Virus record (IMG/VR): IMGVR_UViG_3300042475_001147
Span: 1 to 63,767 of that record
Reading direction: 5' to 3' (one strand)
Length of the DNA: 63,767 nt
Origin: a virus
Lineage: Duplodnaviria > Caudoviricetes
Below are positions 1-10,613 of this stretch, piece after piece. The position numbers were made by a program, and so were the translations under genes. The notes beneath the pieces were generated by a model. It had not been told where the DNA came from and did not search any database. It saw only the letters and a program-made list of their open reading frames with translations. Within the stretch, counting starts at the first letter, position 1. The number at the start of each line of letters is the position of its first letter.

Positions 1-202
1 CAACTCGCCAGAGAACGCCAACTGGGGGTCTTACCAATACGTAAGCCTCCAAGATATCGTCAAGAACTTTCAATTGATGTACGCCGGCAATCACTCGTTG
101 GTGAACAATGAGGAGCGCTACAAGATTCTGTTCCATGCCAAGCGCGCGGTACAGGAGTTAAACTACGATGCGTTCAAGGAAATCAAAGTCCTTGAGTTGA
201 CC
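1..202 (+). repeat. Terminal direct repeat, copy 1 (circular overlap)
   Basis: 1-202 matches 63566-63767 with 3 mismatches (positions 128, 133, 160). Confidence 0.97.
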
Positions 203-883
203 GTAGGTAGCAACCTCAGATACATTCTCCCAAGCGACTACGTCAATTGGGTTCGTATCTCTTTATACCAAGACGGGTATCTGTTGCCAATGACCGAGAA
301 CGTGCAGATTCTTTCTTCACGCGCTTACTTGCAGGACAACCAAGCCAACATCTTGTTCGATCAGAACGGGAATATCCTTCAACCACAGAACTCTCACATC
401 GATACCACAAGATTGAACGGCACCAAGAAGAACATCTACATGAATCCGGGTGGGATGTTTGACGGCCAAGAAGGTTGGAACATTGATGGGCAGTGGTATT
501 TTGAATACGGACTTGGTGAGCGTTATGGTCTTAACACAGAGACCGCCAACGTCAACCCAACCTTTGCCATCGACAAGAAGGCGGGCGTAATCAACTTCAA
601 CTCTGACATGATCGACAGATTGTGCATCCTTGAGTACGTATCAGATGGTATGGAGGGTGGCGATGACTCGTTGATCACGGTGAATAAATTGTTCGAGAAG
701 TACGTGTATGCGTACATCCAGTACGAAATACTCAACTCAAAGTTGGGCGTACAGGAATACATCGTGGCTAGAGCAAGAAAAGAAAAGGCTGCACTTTTGA
801 GAAATGCGAAGATTAGATTGAGCAATATACACCCCGGAAGATTATTGATGAGTCTCCGTGGCATGGATAAGTGGATAAAGTAA
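1..883 (+). CDS. Tail ring/adaptor-type structural protein, 3' part (starts at 63525, spans the junction, ~307 aa)
   Basis: Frame is open from ATG 63525 (MAYLSEYQYYENDGNSPENANWGSYQYVSLQDIV...) through the overlap into ORF 74..883; lies between the MCP cluster and the muzzle-like gene. Confidence 0.7.
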   Translation, partial: NSPENANWGSYQYVSLQDIVKNFQLMYAGNHSLVNNEERYKILFHAKRAVQELNYDAFKEIKVLELTVGSNLRYILPSDYVNWVRISLYQDGYLLPMTENVQILSSRAYLQDNQANILFDQNGNILQPQNSHIDTTRLNGTKKNIYMNPGGMFDGQEGWNIDGQWYFEYGLGERYGLNTETANVNPTFAIDKKAGVINFNSDMIDRLCILEYVSDGMEGGDDSLITVNKLFEKYVYAYIQYEILNSKLGVQEYIVARARKEKAALLRNAKIRLSNIHPGRLLMSLRGMDKWIK

Positions 884-884
884 C

Positions 885-3800
885 ATGGCCAATATAACAA
901 GAAACTTCATAGCAGGTAAGATGAATAAGTCTCTCGATGAGAGATTGGTTCCTGATGGTCAATACATTGACGCGATGAACATCCGCATGGGTTCTACCGA
1001 GAACGCGGAGATAGGCGTCATCGAGAACACCAAAGGGAATGAGTCGCTTACCGCGCTGACATATATCAATGGTACCGCTTTGAGTAACGATGCTAAGTGC
1101 ATTGGTGCTTTTGAGGACGGGGAGGCAGAGACCATCTATTGGTTTGTACATGACCCCAACTTCCCCATCGGGGCTACCGGCAAATTGGATATGATTGTTT
1201 CGTTCAATGTGCTTACGGGCATATTGACTTACCACGTTGTCAGTATCGACGATGGTGGTGGTGTCAATACCACATTGAATTTTAACCCATTGTACTTAAT
1301 CAATGCGATTAACTTGGTGAAGTCGGGGACTGTGAGCGAGAACTTGTTGTTCTTTACTGACGATTACAACCCACCGAGATCAATCAATACCACTCGTACC
1401 TACACAGTTCCCATCGGTAACACTGATCAGTTCTCTGCGGAGTCTATTTTGGTGATTAAGCAACCGCCAATTGCTGCGCCTACATTGCAGATGTTATCGA
1501 CTTCTGGCCAAGAGAACTACATGGAGACGAGGTTCTTGTGTTTCGCATACCGCTATCGCTATGCAGACAACGAGTATTCCGCAACATCTCAGTTCTCTGA
1601 GCCTGCGTTTGTACCGAATGCATTCCAATTCAGTGTTGATAGTTACTTGAACGAGGGCATGGTGAACGCAGCCAACGCTGTGAATATCACCTACAACTCT
1701 GGCGACGAATTGGTTATTGGCATCGACTTACTATTCAAAGAAGCCGGCACAAACATCATCAAGGTAATTGAGAAGTTGGACAAGGCTACTCTTGGCATCG
1801 TGAACAACGCTAGTGTTACGTACCAATTCAGTAACAGCAAGATATTCACTATCTTACCGGAGTCTGAGATTCTAAGACTGTACGACAACGTCCCATTGCA
1901 AGCGAAAGCACAGACATTGATGGGTAACCGATTGATGTATGGCAACTACGTAGAGGGCTATGACTTGGTTGACGAGAACGCCAACCCTGTAATGTTCGAG
2001 TACACCATTGCTTTGGTTACTGAGGAGATTGGTACTACAGAGGTTACAGATAGCACAGCAAGTGGTAATTACAATATAAATAGCGCACAAACCATCGCTG
2101 ATTCAGTAGTTGAGATTGATTTAGACGGAGTGAACTTAGTATCAGGTGCATCATTGTCGCTTGACATTACATTCACCCACGCTACATTTACCGGCAGTAC
2201 GCCATTCCCTAGTGAAACCACTGACAACATCTCGTTGAACTTCACGTTCTTCTTGAACCAAGACTACTCATCGGTGTACGCACTGGCTAGTAGCACTGAG
2301 TTTCAAGATGCAATAGGAACAGCGGCCAACATACAAACTGTAGCCAACGCATGTACTGGTATCACATTTACTGATCAGTTCAACTGTGCAATTCCACAGA
2401 ACCTTGACTCTTTGACAAAGTTTCAGAGTGGTATCAGTGCTGTCAATCAACCAATTGGCATCATAACCACTACGTCAAGCACAGTGATTGGGCTTCAGTT
2501 GCCCGCTATGCGCTTCGTTGACAACGTGACCACTCCGACATTCAACGTGTATGAGTACTATGAGATAAACTTTGCAGAGGCAGTATACCAAGAGATTGCA
2601 ACGCCATCGAGTCTGCACAGTAACCGCGACTATGAGATTGGTATTGTGTACATGGATGAGTTTAACCGATCTAGCACTGCATTGGTAAGTCAGAACAACA
2701 CTGTGCATGTACCATGTGGATTTTCAAAGAACAAAAACTCTATCCAGGTAACAATCCCACCTGCGCAATTGCCACCATTTTGGGCGACTAGATATAAGTT
2801 TGTCATCAAGCCAAGCAATACCTTCTATGAGACCATTTACACATATATATTCTTTACTGACCCAGAATCAAACAACGTATACTTCTTGTTGGATGGTGAG
2901 AATGCTAAGAAGATTGAGCAAGGGGACAGATTGATTGTCAAGGCTGATAGCAGCGGGCCGACACAGAATTGTACCTATGCCACCGTGCTTGAGAAGGATT
3001 CAAAGGCCGCTGACTTCATTACCATCACTAGTCAATTGGACCCTAACGTAGAGATTTCTGTGCCTGCCGGTGTGTACATGAAGATAAATCCAAACAGTTT
3101 CAATATCATCAACGATGAATTGGCTGTTATCGCCCCCGGTACTATAACAGTGTTTACAGATATTGTTGGGGTATATCCCGTATTGCAATATCCGATGAAC
3201 AGGTTGGATTCCGTTACAGGAGATTACGTGGATTACACAGTCCCTGCCGGTAGTCGTATCACAATGTCCCTAAAGTTCGAAAGAAAAGGGGTAAGGGATG
3301 GCCAAGGACGATGCGAGACTCGTACCTATATCCTTGATAAAACATTCGTAGCGTCTGCCAATTATGACAATATGATGGATTGGTGGAATGGAGACAACAT
3401 TGGCAACGCCATCCAAGATGGATACGCATATGCCGGTGGTGGTAACTGTACTCCCGAACTGGAATACATACCAACCATGTCAACCACTGGTTCACCTTCA
3501 CAGTATTCTCTTTGCACAAACTATATTCAGTGGTATAGAGACATATCAAATAATGCATTGATATTAACTATGATTGGTACCGAAAGATGTTCCGGTGCTG
3601 GCCAAAAAGAAGACAGACGTTCTTCAATTACTGCAAACATTCAAGTATTTCGTGCTGAGAACTTGATCATATTCGAAACCGAACCAACCGAGGCATTGCC
3701 CGATGTGTTCTTCGAGAACAATTTGTCGTTGCCGATTACCGGTGGTTTCCATATAGGTAACGTACAAAATCAAACAGCGTCACAGCCTGCATTGGTTGAC

Positions 3801-5300
3801 ACCGAGTTCTTTAATTGCTACTCATTTGGCAATGGAGCGGAGAGTTACAAGGTCAGGGATTCTATTGTTGGTAAATACTTTACGCTCGGAAACAGGGTGA
3901 CAGTTACATCTTCTGAGGACTACAGAAGGATTGATCGCTTCGCTGATATCACATACAGTGGTGTTTACTACGACGAGACCAACGTAAACAGACTGAACGA
4001 ATTCAACCTTGGCTTGCAAAACTTCAAGCAATGCGAGGATTCATTTGGCCCCATTCAGAGAATGGACGCCCGTGAAACGGATGTGTTGGTATTGCAAGAG
4101 GACAAAATATCCTATGTGCTTGCAGGCAAGAACATTCTTTCTGACGCTGGCGTTGGTAGTTCTATCGCTGCCATCCCCGAAGTTCTTGGAACTCAGATAG
4201 CGCGCACCGAGAAGTACGGCATCAGTTTCAACCCCGAGAGTTATGTTCACTGGGGCTACAACAGATTCTTCACCGACGTTAAGCGCGGTGCGGTGATTCA
4301 GTTGTCGGGAAGTATGTACAGCCAAGACCAACTATCTGTGGTTTCAGAGATGGGCATGCGTACTTGGTTTAGAAGTACATTTATCGACTTCTTCGCTACT
4401 CAGAAACTTGGAGGATGGGACCCATACATGAACGAATATGTATTGGTTATCAACGACACTGAGATACCACAGCCCCCACAGTGCGTGTCTTGTGGTCTTC
4501 AGCAGACATTCACATTGAATGATGAGTCATTTCAATACTGCGTTGACCTCAGCCCATTCGTTGGTGATGTGAACATCGACTACACCGTAATCTCAATCAC
4601 CCCTGGCGATACCTTCGAGGTGTCGGCAGTGTACGATGGTACCACCTACACCACAGGCCCAGAGTCTACAAGCGGCACATTGACTTTCAGCAAGGACATC
4701 AACAACGTAAACCTAGCAGACATTACTGTTACCGCCAATGGCACAGTGGTATTGGCTGTATTGGTTAACTGTCCAAACCAAGAGTTGATGACCGTGATTC
4801 AAGTTGTTGTCACCAACGATTATGATGCGGGTCAAACCAACCACGTACAATTCAGATACACTAGCGGAACGTACACATCACCAATTCAAACCACATTCGT
4901 GGAGTTTGTTTCGGGTAGCGCTACTCCATTGGTGTCATTGTATAGCGCAATCACAGGACCAAAAGGATTTGGTTCTATCCCTGTGGATGGTAGCGATGTG
5001 TACTTGATCTCTAACAAGATTGTACCCGATACATTTGACTTCGACGCAGCAAACGACTCGTTTAAGTACTACACATCGAACACGCTATATAACAACAATA
5101 CCGCAGACATTACCACATTGCTCGGATTGGCCAGCACCGCTACGCCAATCACACAATCAGGGAATGTATTCCAATCATTTTTCACGTCGGGCGTGTTGCA
5201 AGATTATCTATATTTGATCTGGGATTACAGATCATCTACAGCAACTGAGTTGTGTTACTCGAACATAGACATACAGGATGTTTGTTGTGGATGCTTATAA
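885..5300 (+). CDS. Tail stabilisation/muzzle-like protein (crAss-type), N-terminal portion, 1471 aa
   Basis: N-terminal NFIAGKMNKSLDERLVPDGQYIDAMN, NRLMYGNY, and C-terminal NRLNEFN/FGPIQ/YGISFNPES/LGGWDPY motifs recalled from crAss-like stabilisation proteins; position in the tail module. Confidence 0.7.
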   Translation: MANITRNFIAGKMNKSLDERLVPDGQYIDAMNIRMGSTENAEIGVIENTKGNESLTALTYINGTALSNDAKCIGAFEDGEAETIYWFVHDPNFPIGATGKLDMIVSFNVLTGILTYHVVSIDDGGGVNTTLNFNPLYLINAINLVKSGTVSENLLFFTDDYNPPRSINTTRTYTVPIGNTDQFSAESILVIKQPPIAAPTLQMLSTSGQENYMETRFLCFAYRYRYADNEYSATSQFSEPAFVPNAFQFSVDSYLNEGMVNAANAVNITYNSGDELVIGIDLLFKEAGTNIIKVIEKLDKATLGIVNNASVTYQFSNSKIFTILPESEILRLYDNVPLQAKAQTLMGNRLMYGNYVEGYDLVDENANPVMFEYTIALVTEEIGTTEVTDSTASGNYNINSAQTIADSVVEIDLDGVNLVSGASLSLDITFTHATFTGSTPFPSETTDNISLNFTFFLNQDYSSVYALASSTEFQDAIGTAANIQTVANACTGITFTDQFNCAIPQNLDSLTKFQSGISAVNQPIGIITTTSSTVIGLQLPAMRFVDNVTTPTFNVYEYYEINFAEAVYQEIATPSSLHSNRDYEIGIVYMDEFNRSSTALVSQNNTVHVPCGFSKNKNSIQVTIPPAQLPPFWATRYKFVIKPSNTFYETIYTYIFFTDPESNNVYFLLDGENAKKIEQGDRLIVKADSSGPTQNCTYATVLEKDSKAADFITITSQLDPNVEISVPAGVYMKINPNSFNIINDELAVIAPGTITVFTDIVGVYPVLQYPMNRLDSVTGDYVDYTVPAGSRITMSLKFERKGVRDGQGRCETRTYILDKTFVASANYDNMMDWWNGDNIGNAIQDGYAYAGGGNCTPELEYIPTMSTTGSPSQYSLCTNYIQWYRDISNNALILTMIGTERCSGAGQKEDRRSSITANIQVFRAENLIIFETEPTEALPDVFFENNLSLPITGGFHIGNVQNQTASQPALVDTEFFNCYSFGNGAESYKVRDSIVGKYFTLGNRVTVTSSEDYRRIDRFADITYSGVYYDETNVNRLNEFNLGLQNFKQCEDSFGPIQRMDARETDVLVLQEDKISYVLAGKNILSDAGVGSSIAAIPEVLGTQIARTEKYGISFNPESYVHWGYNRFFTDVKRGAVIQLSGSMYSQDQLSVVSEMGMRTWFRSTFIDFFATQKLGGWDPYMNEYVLVINDTEIPQPPQCVSCGLQQTFTLNDESFQYCVDLSPFVGDVNIDYTVISITPGDTFEVSAVYDGTTYTTGPESTSGTLTFSKDINNVNLADITVTANGTVVLAVLVNCPNQELMTVIQVVVTNDYDAGQTNHVQFRYTSGTYTSPIQTTFVEFVSGSATPLVSLYSAITGPKGFGSIPVDGSDVYLISNKIVPDTFDFDAANDSFKYYTSNTLYNNNTADITTLLGLASTATPITQSGNVFQSFFTSGVLQDYLYLIWDYRSSTATELCYSNIDIQDVCCGCL

Positions 5301-5309
5301 TTAAAAAGA

Positions 5310-6614
5310 ATGGCTACTAGTTCAACATATTACCTCAACGCCCCATCACTAGGATCAGCAACGGCTGTATTCACAGATGCCGCCATGACCACCTGCGCCC
5401 CCGACGGATTCTATTCGGACGGGGTGATTGTCAGAGAGTTGGTCAGTTGTGCGTTTCTACCACAACAAACATGTCCATCATGCGTGGAGCCATGTCCTGT
5501 TACCACCCTAACTAGTAGTGGCCAAGGATACTTCATTATCGATGTAGACACAGGTGCAGGAACTGGCGCTATTGAGATTACTTTTAATCCAGGCAACGGG
5601 CCATTTGGTCTCATAGGTGTGTACGATGGCAACATATACACATGGGTGAGTTCAGAGAACTTTGGATACTTGGCTTCGGGATCTCCCGCAGAACCGGTAT
5701 ATTTAGGAGACTTTCCTTTTAACTGTGGTATTGTACCCAACAGCCCACACAGCGTAGCAAAGTTTAGATGGGATGGGGCTACAGGCTTCGTTCCATTGAC
5801 AGGCTTAGAGATTGTTTCTGTGATTAATTCACAGGTTCAGTTAACATCTGGAGTACCCGGAGTTTGTCACATGGTGATACCAAAACTAAATGCTACACCA
5901 ACGGATTTAAGATTAATTGTCATATCTCTATGCGCGGCGGCTGCGTCTTTTACAATCAGTGCGACATGCCCAACATCGCTTCCAGTATTTGATAGCAGTG
6001 GTGTTAATGGTAATTCTAATAGTGCATGTTCTGATGCAGTAGACCAAAACTACTACGTTCACCATGTAAATGGATCGGCTGGAACATTGGGTTTGTACGA
6101 CATGGTATTCTTCGATGTCAATGGACAGTTCGCATTGACTGATGGATACTACCACGCTCCGACAGCATGCCCATCACCATACACTTGGTTCAGAGTCGTT
6201 AATGGTGTAATTGTTTTGTTTGGAACTTGCGTATATGGTAGCAATTATACATTGCAAGACTGTGCCACAGGAGATATAGTTGTGGCTACATATGTAGGAT
6301 CAACTATCCCATTAGGGTCTATCGTTTCGGTTGGTTCTAGCAACTGTTGTTGGTCTGTTGTTGGATACACAAGCGAGACTGCTACTGTGACAATCATATC
6401 TGTCCCTCCGGGAGTAACATGTGAAGATTGTTGTGCAACATTTAGCGGAACCAACACCACAGACATCATCTTACAGGTTGACTACACCGATTGTAGCGAT
6501 GTCGCACAGAGTGCCGACGTTAACCCCGGTGACACCTTGGTTATCTGCGCAAAAATCGGAAGCATTATCTCTCCTGGTATGACCTTTACAGCCACCGTAT
6601 GCGGATGCCCATAA
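5310..6614 (+). CDS. Cys-rich (22 Cys) beta-rich virion/tail appendage protein
   Basis: 434-aa ORF in the tail operon, T/S/G/V-rich with many CxxC and CC motifs. Confidence 0.55.
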   Translation: MATSSTYYLNAPSLGSATAVFTDAAMTTCAPDGFYSDGVIVRELVSCAFLPQQTCPSCVEPCPVTTLTSSGQGYFIIDVDTGAGTGAIEITFNPGNGPFGLIGVYDGNIYTWVSSENFGYLASGSPAEPVYLGDFPFNCGIVPNSPHSVAKFRWDGATGFVPLTGLEIVSVINSQVQLTSGVPGVCHMVIPKLNATPTDLRLIVISLCAAAASFTISATCPTSLPVFDSSGVNGNSNSACSDAVDQNYYVHHVNGSAGTLGLYDMVFFDVNGQFALTDGYYHAPTACPSPYTWFRVVNGVIVLFGTCVYGSNYTLQDCATGDIVVATYVGSTIPLGSIVSVGSSNCCWSVVGYTSETATVTIISVPPGVTCEDCCATFSGTNTTDIILQVDYTDCSDVAQSADVNPGDTLVICAKIGSIISPGMTFTATVCGCP

Positions 6615-6624
6615 TTAAATAGCA

Positions 6625-7419
6625 ATGTCAAACTATACACTAACATATAGCCCTAGCGCAGAAGGATGGGTATCGTTCTACTCATACAATCCCGATCTAA
6701 TGATCGGGATGAACAACTACTTCTACACCTTCAAACAAGGGAACCTATACAGGCATAACACCAACGCACAGAGAAACACATTCTACGGGGCATACACGCC
6801 ATCAACTGTGACAAGTGTGTTCAATGACTCACCGTTGGTAAACAAGTTGTTTAAAACGCTAAATATCGAGGGCGACGACACGTGGGCCGCAGTGATGAAC
6901 ACTGACTTGCAGACTGGTGGTTTCATTCAAGCCAACTACTTCGAGAAGAAAGAGCAAGCGTACTTTGCATTCATCAGGAACTCTGGGACTATCCCAGCCA
7001 ATGCGTCTCAGTACCCATTGCGTTCAGTGAATGGTATCGGACGTAGCACGAGCATCGTATCCACCGTGCCATCAGCGGTAGTGGTGAACTACTCGGTGGC
7101 TATCGGTAGCATCATCTCAGTGGGCGATTACCTGTACTACTCATTGCCTCCAACGTACGGCACGCCAATTCTTTTTGGTGAGGTGACTGATATCAATGTG
7201 GATTTGAAGAATGGAATAAACCAATTGATTGTGGACACGACCGTCGTGGGTGGTGGTATCCCTTTGATCCAAGACCCGTACACAATGTACATCAAGAACT
7301 CAATTGCGGAGTCTCATGGATTGCTTGGACACTACTGCGTATTCACTCTGACCAACACCAATACCAACAAGATAGAGTTGTTTACACTCGAGTCTGAGGT
7401 GATGAAAAGTTATCCTTAA
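6625..7419 (+). CDS. Tail protein resembling the C-terminal part of muzzle/stabilisation proteins
   Basis: TLTYS..AEGWVSFYSYNP...NNYFYTFKQGNLYRHN and VFND.P..NKLFKTL..EG motifs. Confidence 0.55.
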   Translation: MSNYTLTYSPSAEGWVSFYSYNPDLMIGMNNYFYTFKQGNLYRHNTNAQRNTFYGAYTPSTVTSVFNDSPLVNKLFKTLNIEGDDTWAAVMNTDLQTGGFIQANYFEKKEQAYFAFIRNSGTIPANASQYPLRSVNGIGRSTSIVSTVPSAVVVNYSVAIGSIISVGDYLYYSLPPTYGTPILFGEVTDINVDLKNGINQLIVDTTVVGGGIPLIQDPYTMYIKNSIAESHGLLGHYCVFTLTNTNTNKIELFTLESEVMKSYP

Positions 7420-7427
7420 AAAAATAA

Positions 7428-7435
7428 TATCTTTG
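7428..7435 (+). promoter_or_regulatory. Bacteroidota -7 promoter box TATCTTTG
   Basis: Matches TAnnTTTG, intergenic, 7 nt before ATG 7443. Confidence 0.65.
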
Positions 7436-7442
7436 TATACAT

Positions 7443-7853
7443 ATGGCGCTCCATGCAAGGCTACTAACTCCTACAGATTACGATACCATTTTAGTACAAT
7501 GGTGGAGCGATTGGGGTTGGACAGCACCTGCTAGAGACTTTCTTCCCGAGGGTGGATTGAGTGGCGTGATGGTATTGGATGAAGACACACCCGTGTGTGC
7601 CGGATTCTTTTATACCACCAACTCAAAGGCTGCTTGGGTAGACTGGATCATATCAAACAAAGAGTACAAAAAGAAGCCACAGAGGAAAGAGGCAATTGCG
7701 TTGTTGATTGAGATATTGACAGCGACCTGCAAGAACCTTGGCTTCAGTTATGTATATGCATTGATCAAGCATCCCTCATTGGTCAATGTTTACAAGTCAG
7801 CAGGATACATAGAGGGCGATAGTTACAACAAAGAAATGATCATCAAATTATAA
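7443..7853 (+). CDS. GNAT-like acetyltransferase-fold protein
   Basis: 136 aa; PVCAGFFY..N...AWVDWIISN...YKSAGY pattern; precedes internal virion genes as in podoviruses. Confidence 0.55.
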   Translation: MALHARLLTPTDYDTILVQWWSDWGWTAPARDFLPEGGLSGVMVLDEDTPVCAGFFYTTNSKAAWVDWIISNKEYKKKPQRKEAIALLIEILTATCKNLGFSYVYALIKHPSLVNVYKSAGYIEGDSYNKEMIIKL

Positions 7854-7857
7854 AGTC

Positions 7858-8814
7858 ATGGCAGCAACAACAGCAGCAGTAGTAGGAGCAGGTACAGCAT
7901 TGGCCGGCTCATATATGTCCTTCAAGCAGGCGAGTCAGCAATCAAAAGCAGCGACCACCGCAAGAATAGAAGCAGAGAAAGCCATTCAAGAAGCCAAGAA
8001 ACGGGCCGAGCAGAATGTGTTCGAGGCATTGTCTCTCACCAAAGAACCATACGAAAGAGCAAGAGAAGCCGCGCTAGTAGCGGGCGCTCAAGCGATTGAG
8101 GCTGGACGCGAAAGCGAAAGAGGTGGAGCCGCAACAGCGGGCCGTGCTTTGATGGCACAGAACCTACAGCAGGGTCAGATTGCAGACATTCAAGCACAGG
8201 AGATGCAAGACTTGAACAAGTTGGTTGCAGGAGAAGAGTCAAGACTGAAAGACTTCGCCGCTAACATCAGCCTTGCAGAAGCAGCAGGTGCGCAACAAGC
8301 TATTAAAGATGCTGAGAAGTTAAGAGCGCAAGCAATGACGCAAGGGTTTCAAGGACTAGGTCAAGTTGCTAGCAGTGTAGGTCAAGCACTCCCTTTGTAT
8401 TACGAAGGTCAAGGCGCCAAGGCATATGACAAACTAGTAGGCCAAGCCACCACGGCAGGGATGAGTCAAGAACAAATTCAAAACCAACTAGCAGCGTTGG
8501 GTACATCTGATCCAAACTTTGCCAAGTTGTCGGGTGTTGGATACGCCGCTAAGTCAGTGGACGCTGATGGTAATCCTATCGCAAACGCAATGACTCCTCT
8601 TCAGTTCCAAGACTTCATGGTTCAGAACCCTGATATCACCAAGCAATTGATCAAGAAAAACATCTTTGCAAACACAGCGCCAGTAATGGATCAATCGGTG
8701 GCCCCGAACCCACCGACGGCACGACCAGCAGTTCCTTATCTTCCTTACAATTCAAAATCAAAGATGTTACCTCCGGATTTGATGTACGGCATTGACCCCT
8801 TTAGCATACAATAA
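7858..8814 (+). CDS. Putative ejection/internal virion protein 1
   Basis: Ala/Gly/Gln-rich helical protein with hydrophobic N-terminus (AAVVGAGTALAGS). Confidence 0.6.
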   Translation: MAATTAAVVGAGTALAGSYMSFKQASQQSKAATTARIEAEKAIQEAKKRAEQNVFEALSLTKEPYERAREAALVAGAQAIEAGRESERGGAATAGRALMAQNLQQGQIADIQAQEMQDLNKLVAGEESRLKDFAANISLAEAAGAQQAIKDAEKLRAQAMTQGFQGLGQVASSVGQALPLYYEGQGAKAYDKLVGQATTAGMSQEQIQNQLAALGTSDPNFAKLSGVGYAAKSVDADGNPIANAMTPLQFQDFMVQNPDITKQLIKKNIFANTAPVMDQSVAPNPPTARPAVPYLPYNSKSKMLPPDLMYGIDPFSIQ

Positions 8815-10595
8815 TGACATACTACAAATACGCAGAACGGGAGGCGAATAGCCAAATAAACTGGGCCGAGGTAAGCAAGGGTCTTACTGATACTATTACT
8901 CAGATTGATCAAGATAGACAGGCCAAGAAGGCCGCTATCGATGAGTCTACCCGTAAGGATATGCTCACGTTGGCTGATGCGCCAAAGGGGGAGAACACAA
9001 CCGCCTCTGAGTGGACCATCAAGTATGCCAACGACATGATGAACTATCGCTTGACGATTGATCGCTTGTTGAAGTCAGGCAAGATGAGCCTACGCGACTA
9101 CCAAGTTGCCGCTCAGAACAGCAAGGACTCTACTAATTTGGTATTCACTATATCAAAGGAGTACCAAGACGAATACAAGTCAATCATGGACAGGAAAAGA
9201 GCGGGAGATTCTTCTCGATTTGAGGTAGAGATGGCCGCTATGAATGAGTCATTGGCAAACATATCATCCACTGTGCCGTACATCAACTCAACCAATGGCA
9301 TGGTGTACTTGGCAACCGGTACTCCCGGTGAAGATGGCGTTCAGCAAATGGGCGACAACTATGTAAGCCTTCAAGCATTGCGTAACAGGGTTAAGACCAA
9401 GATTGATAGGTATGATTTATCTGCTGGTCTTGCTAGCGCAGCAAGTGAATTGGGCGACTATACTATCAGCGAGATAGGCAGGACAGGGTTCCGCAGAACT
9501 GGTATCGTTACAGACATATCTGATCCAACACTCAGAAGTACATACACTCAATGGGAAGATGCCACGGTCAAAGACATAATGGCTAGCAACTATCAGTTGG
9601 CATCTATTTTGGCCGACAACATGAACACCAATCCTAGAACCGGTGGTCAGTACAGAATAACAACCAACAAGGCTGAGTTCGATGCTGACAAAAGTGGGGA
9701 TGTGGTATTGATGGCCAACGAGAATGGCTCTGGGATTGTAATGCCACAGTTCAAAGAGGAACAAAGGAAAGATGTCGAGGCATTTATCAAAGGCCAAATC
9801 AAAAACTACATCGATCAGAAGTCAGAGAAGCGTCCGTTCCAAGAGCCTGAACCATACCGCCCATCGCAAGCGGAGATTGAAGCATCGAATACGGCAAAAA
9901 CAACAAGGCAAAGTGGCAACATGTTAGCCAAGTTGTATAGTGGTGATGCGGCAGAGATACAATCCGCTGTTGATTATTTCAATGGATTAGATGAAGTTGA
10001 CTCAATAGTCAGGGATTCTAGTGGTGTTCAAATAAAATTTAGCAACGGAGAATCAAAGACTGTACAATTCAAAAACCCCGATGGAAGCCTAAAAACTCAA
10101 GCAGACTTTATTCGTTCCGCAACTAGTCACTTAATTGGAAGTGATGCTGACGTAAACGAAGTCCTTAAAGGCTCAATTGGTACTGGTAAAAAAGCATTTA
10201 ATACCACAGGCAAAGCATCTGCTGTTACTACAAGGTCTACGCCAGCCAAACCGCTTACGCCACAACAGAAGGCTAAGAATTACTTATCATCCGCAATAAC
10301 AGCTAATATCATAAATCAAGAGGAAGAGGTAGCAGTTCCTCAATTGCTATCAGCACTAGAAAAACTTGGATTTGATGCAGAAGAAAGCGGTGCTGGTAAT
10401 TATGTTACAATAAAATCACCCGGAACAAAGGATAAGTCTGGGGTATCAAAACAATTTTCTTTAAAAGATGGAGCAGATGAAGCAGCCAAGGTAAGGCAAT
10501 CCATTATTGATTTTGTAACTGCCAACTTGGGTCAAGAAGCATTACTTAATGCTGATCAAGCAGGTGTTCTTGGAGGCGAAGGGGAATTAGATTAA
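8814..10595 (+). CDS. Putative ejection/internal virion protein 2
   Basis: 593-aa ORF coupled by TAATG overlap; position between ejection-like genes. Confidence 0.55.
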   Translation: MTYYKYAEREANSQINWAEVSKGLTDTITQIDQDRQAKKAAIDESTRKDMLTLADAPKGENTTASEWTIKYANDMMNYRLTIDRLLKSGKMSLRDYQVAAQNSKDSTNLVFTISKEYQDEYKSIMDRKRAGDSSRFEVEMAAMNESLANISSTVPYINSTNGMVYLATGTPGEDGVQQMGDNYVSLQALRNRVKTKIDRYDLSAGLASAASELGDYTISEIGRTGFRRTGIVTDISDPTLRSTYTQWEDATVKDIMASNYQLASILADNMNTNPRTGGQYRITTNKAEFDADKSGDVVLMANENGSGIVMPQFKEEQRKDVEAFIKGQIKNYIDQKSEKRPFQEPEPYRPSQAEIEASNTAKTTRQSGNMLAKLYSGDAAEIQSAVDYFNGLDEVDSIVRDSSGVQIKFSNGESKTVQFKNPDGSLKTQADFIRSATSHLIGSDADVNEVLKGSIGTGKKAFNTTGKASAVTTRSTPAKPLTPQQKAKNYLSSAITANIINQEEEVAVPQLLSALEKLGFDAEESGAGNYVTIKSPGTKDKSGVSKQFSLKDGADEAAKVRQSIIDFVTANLGQEALLNADQAGVLGGEGELD

Positions 10596-10601
10596 TAAGC
10601 A

Positions 10602-10609
10602 TATTTTTG
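10602..10609 (+). promoter_or_regulatory. -7 promoter box TATTTTTG
   Basis: Intergenic TAnnTTTG 4 nt before ATG 10614. Confidence 0.55.
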
Positions 10610-10613
10610 TACC

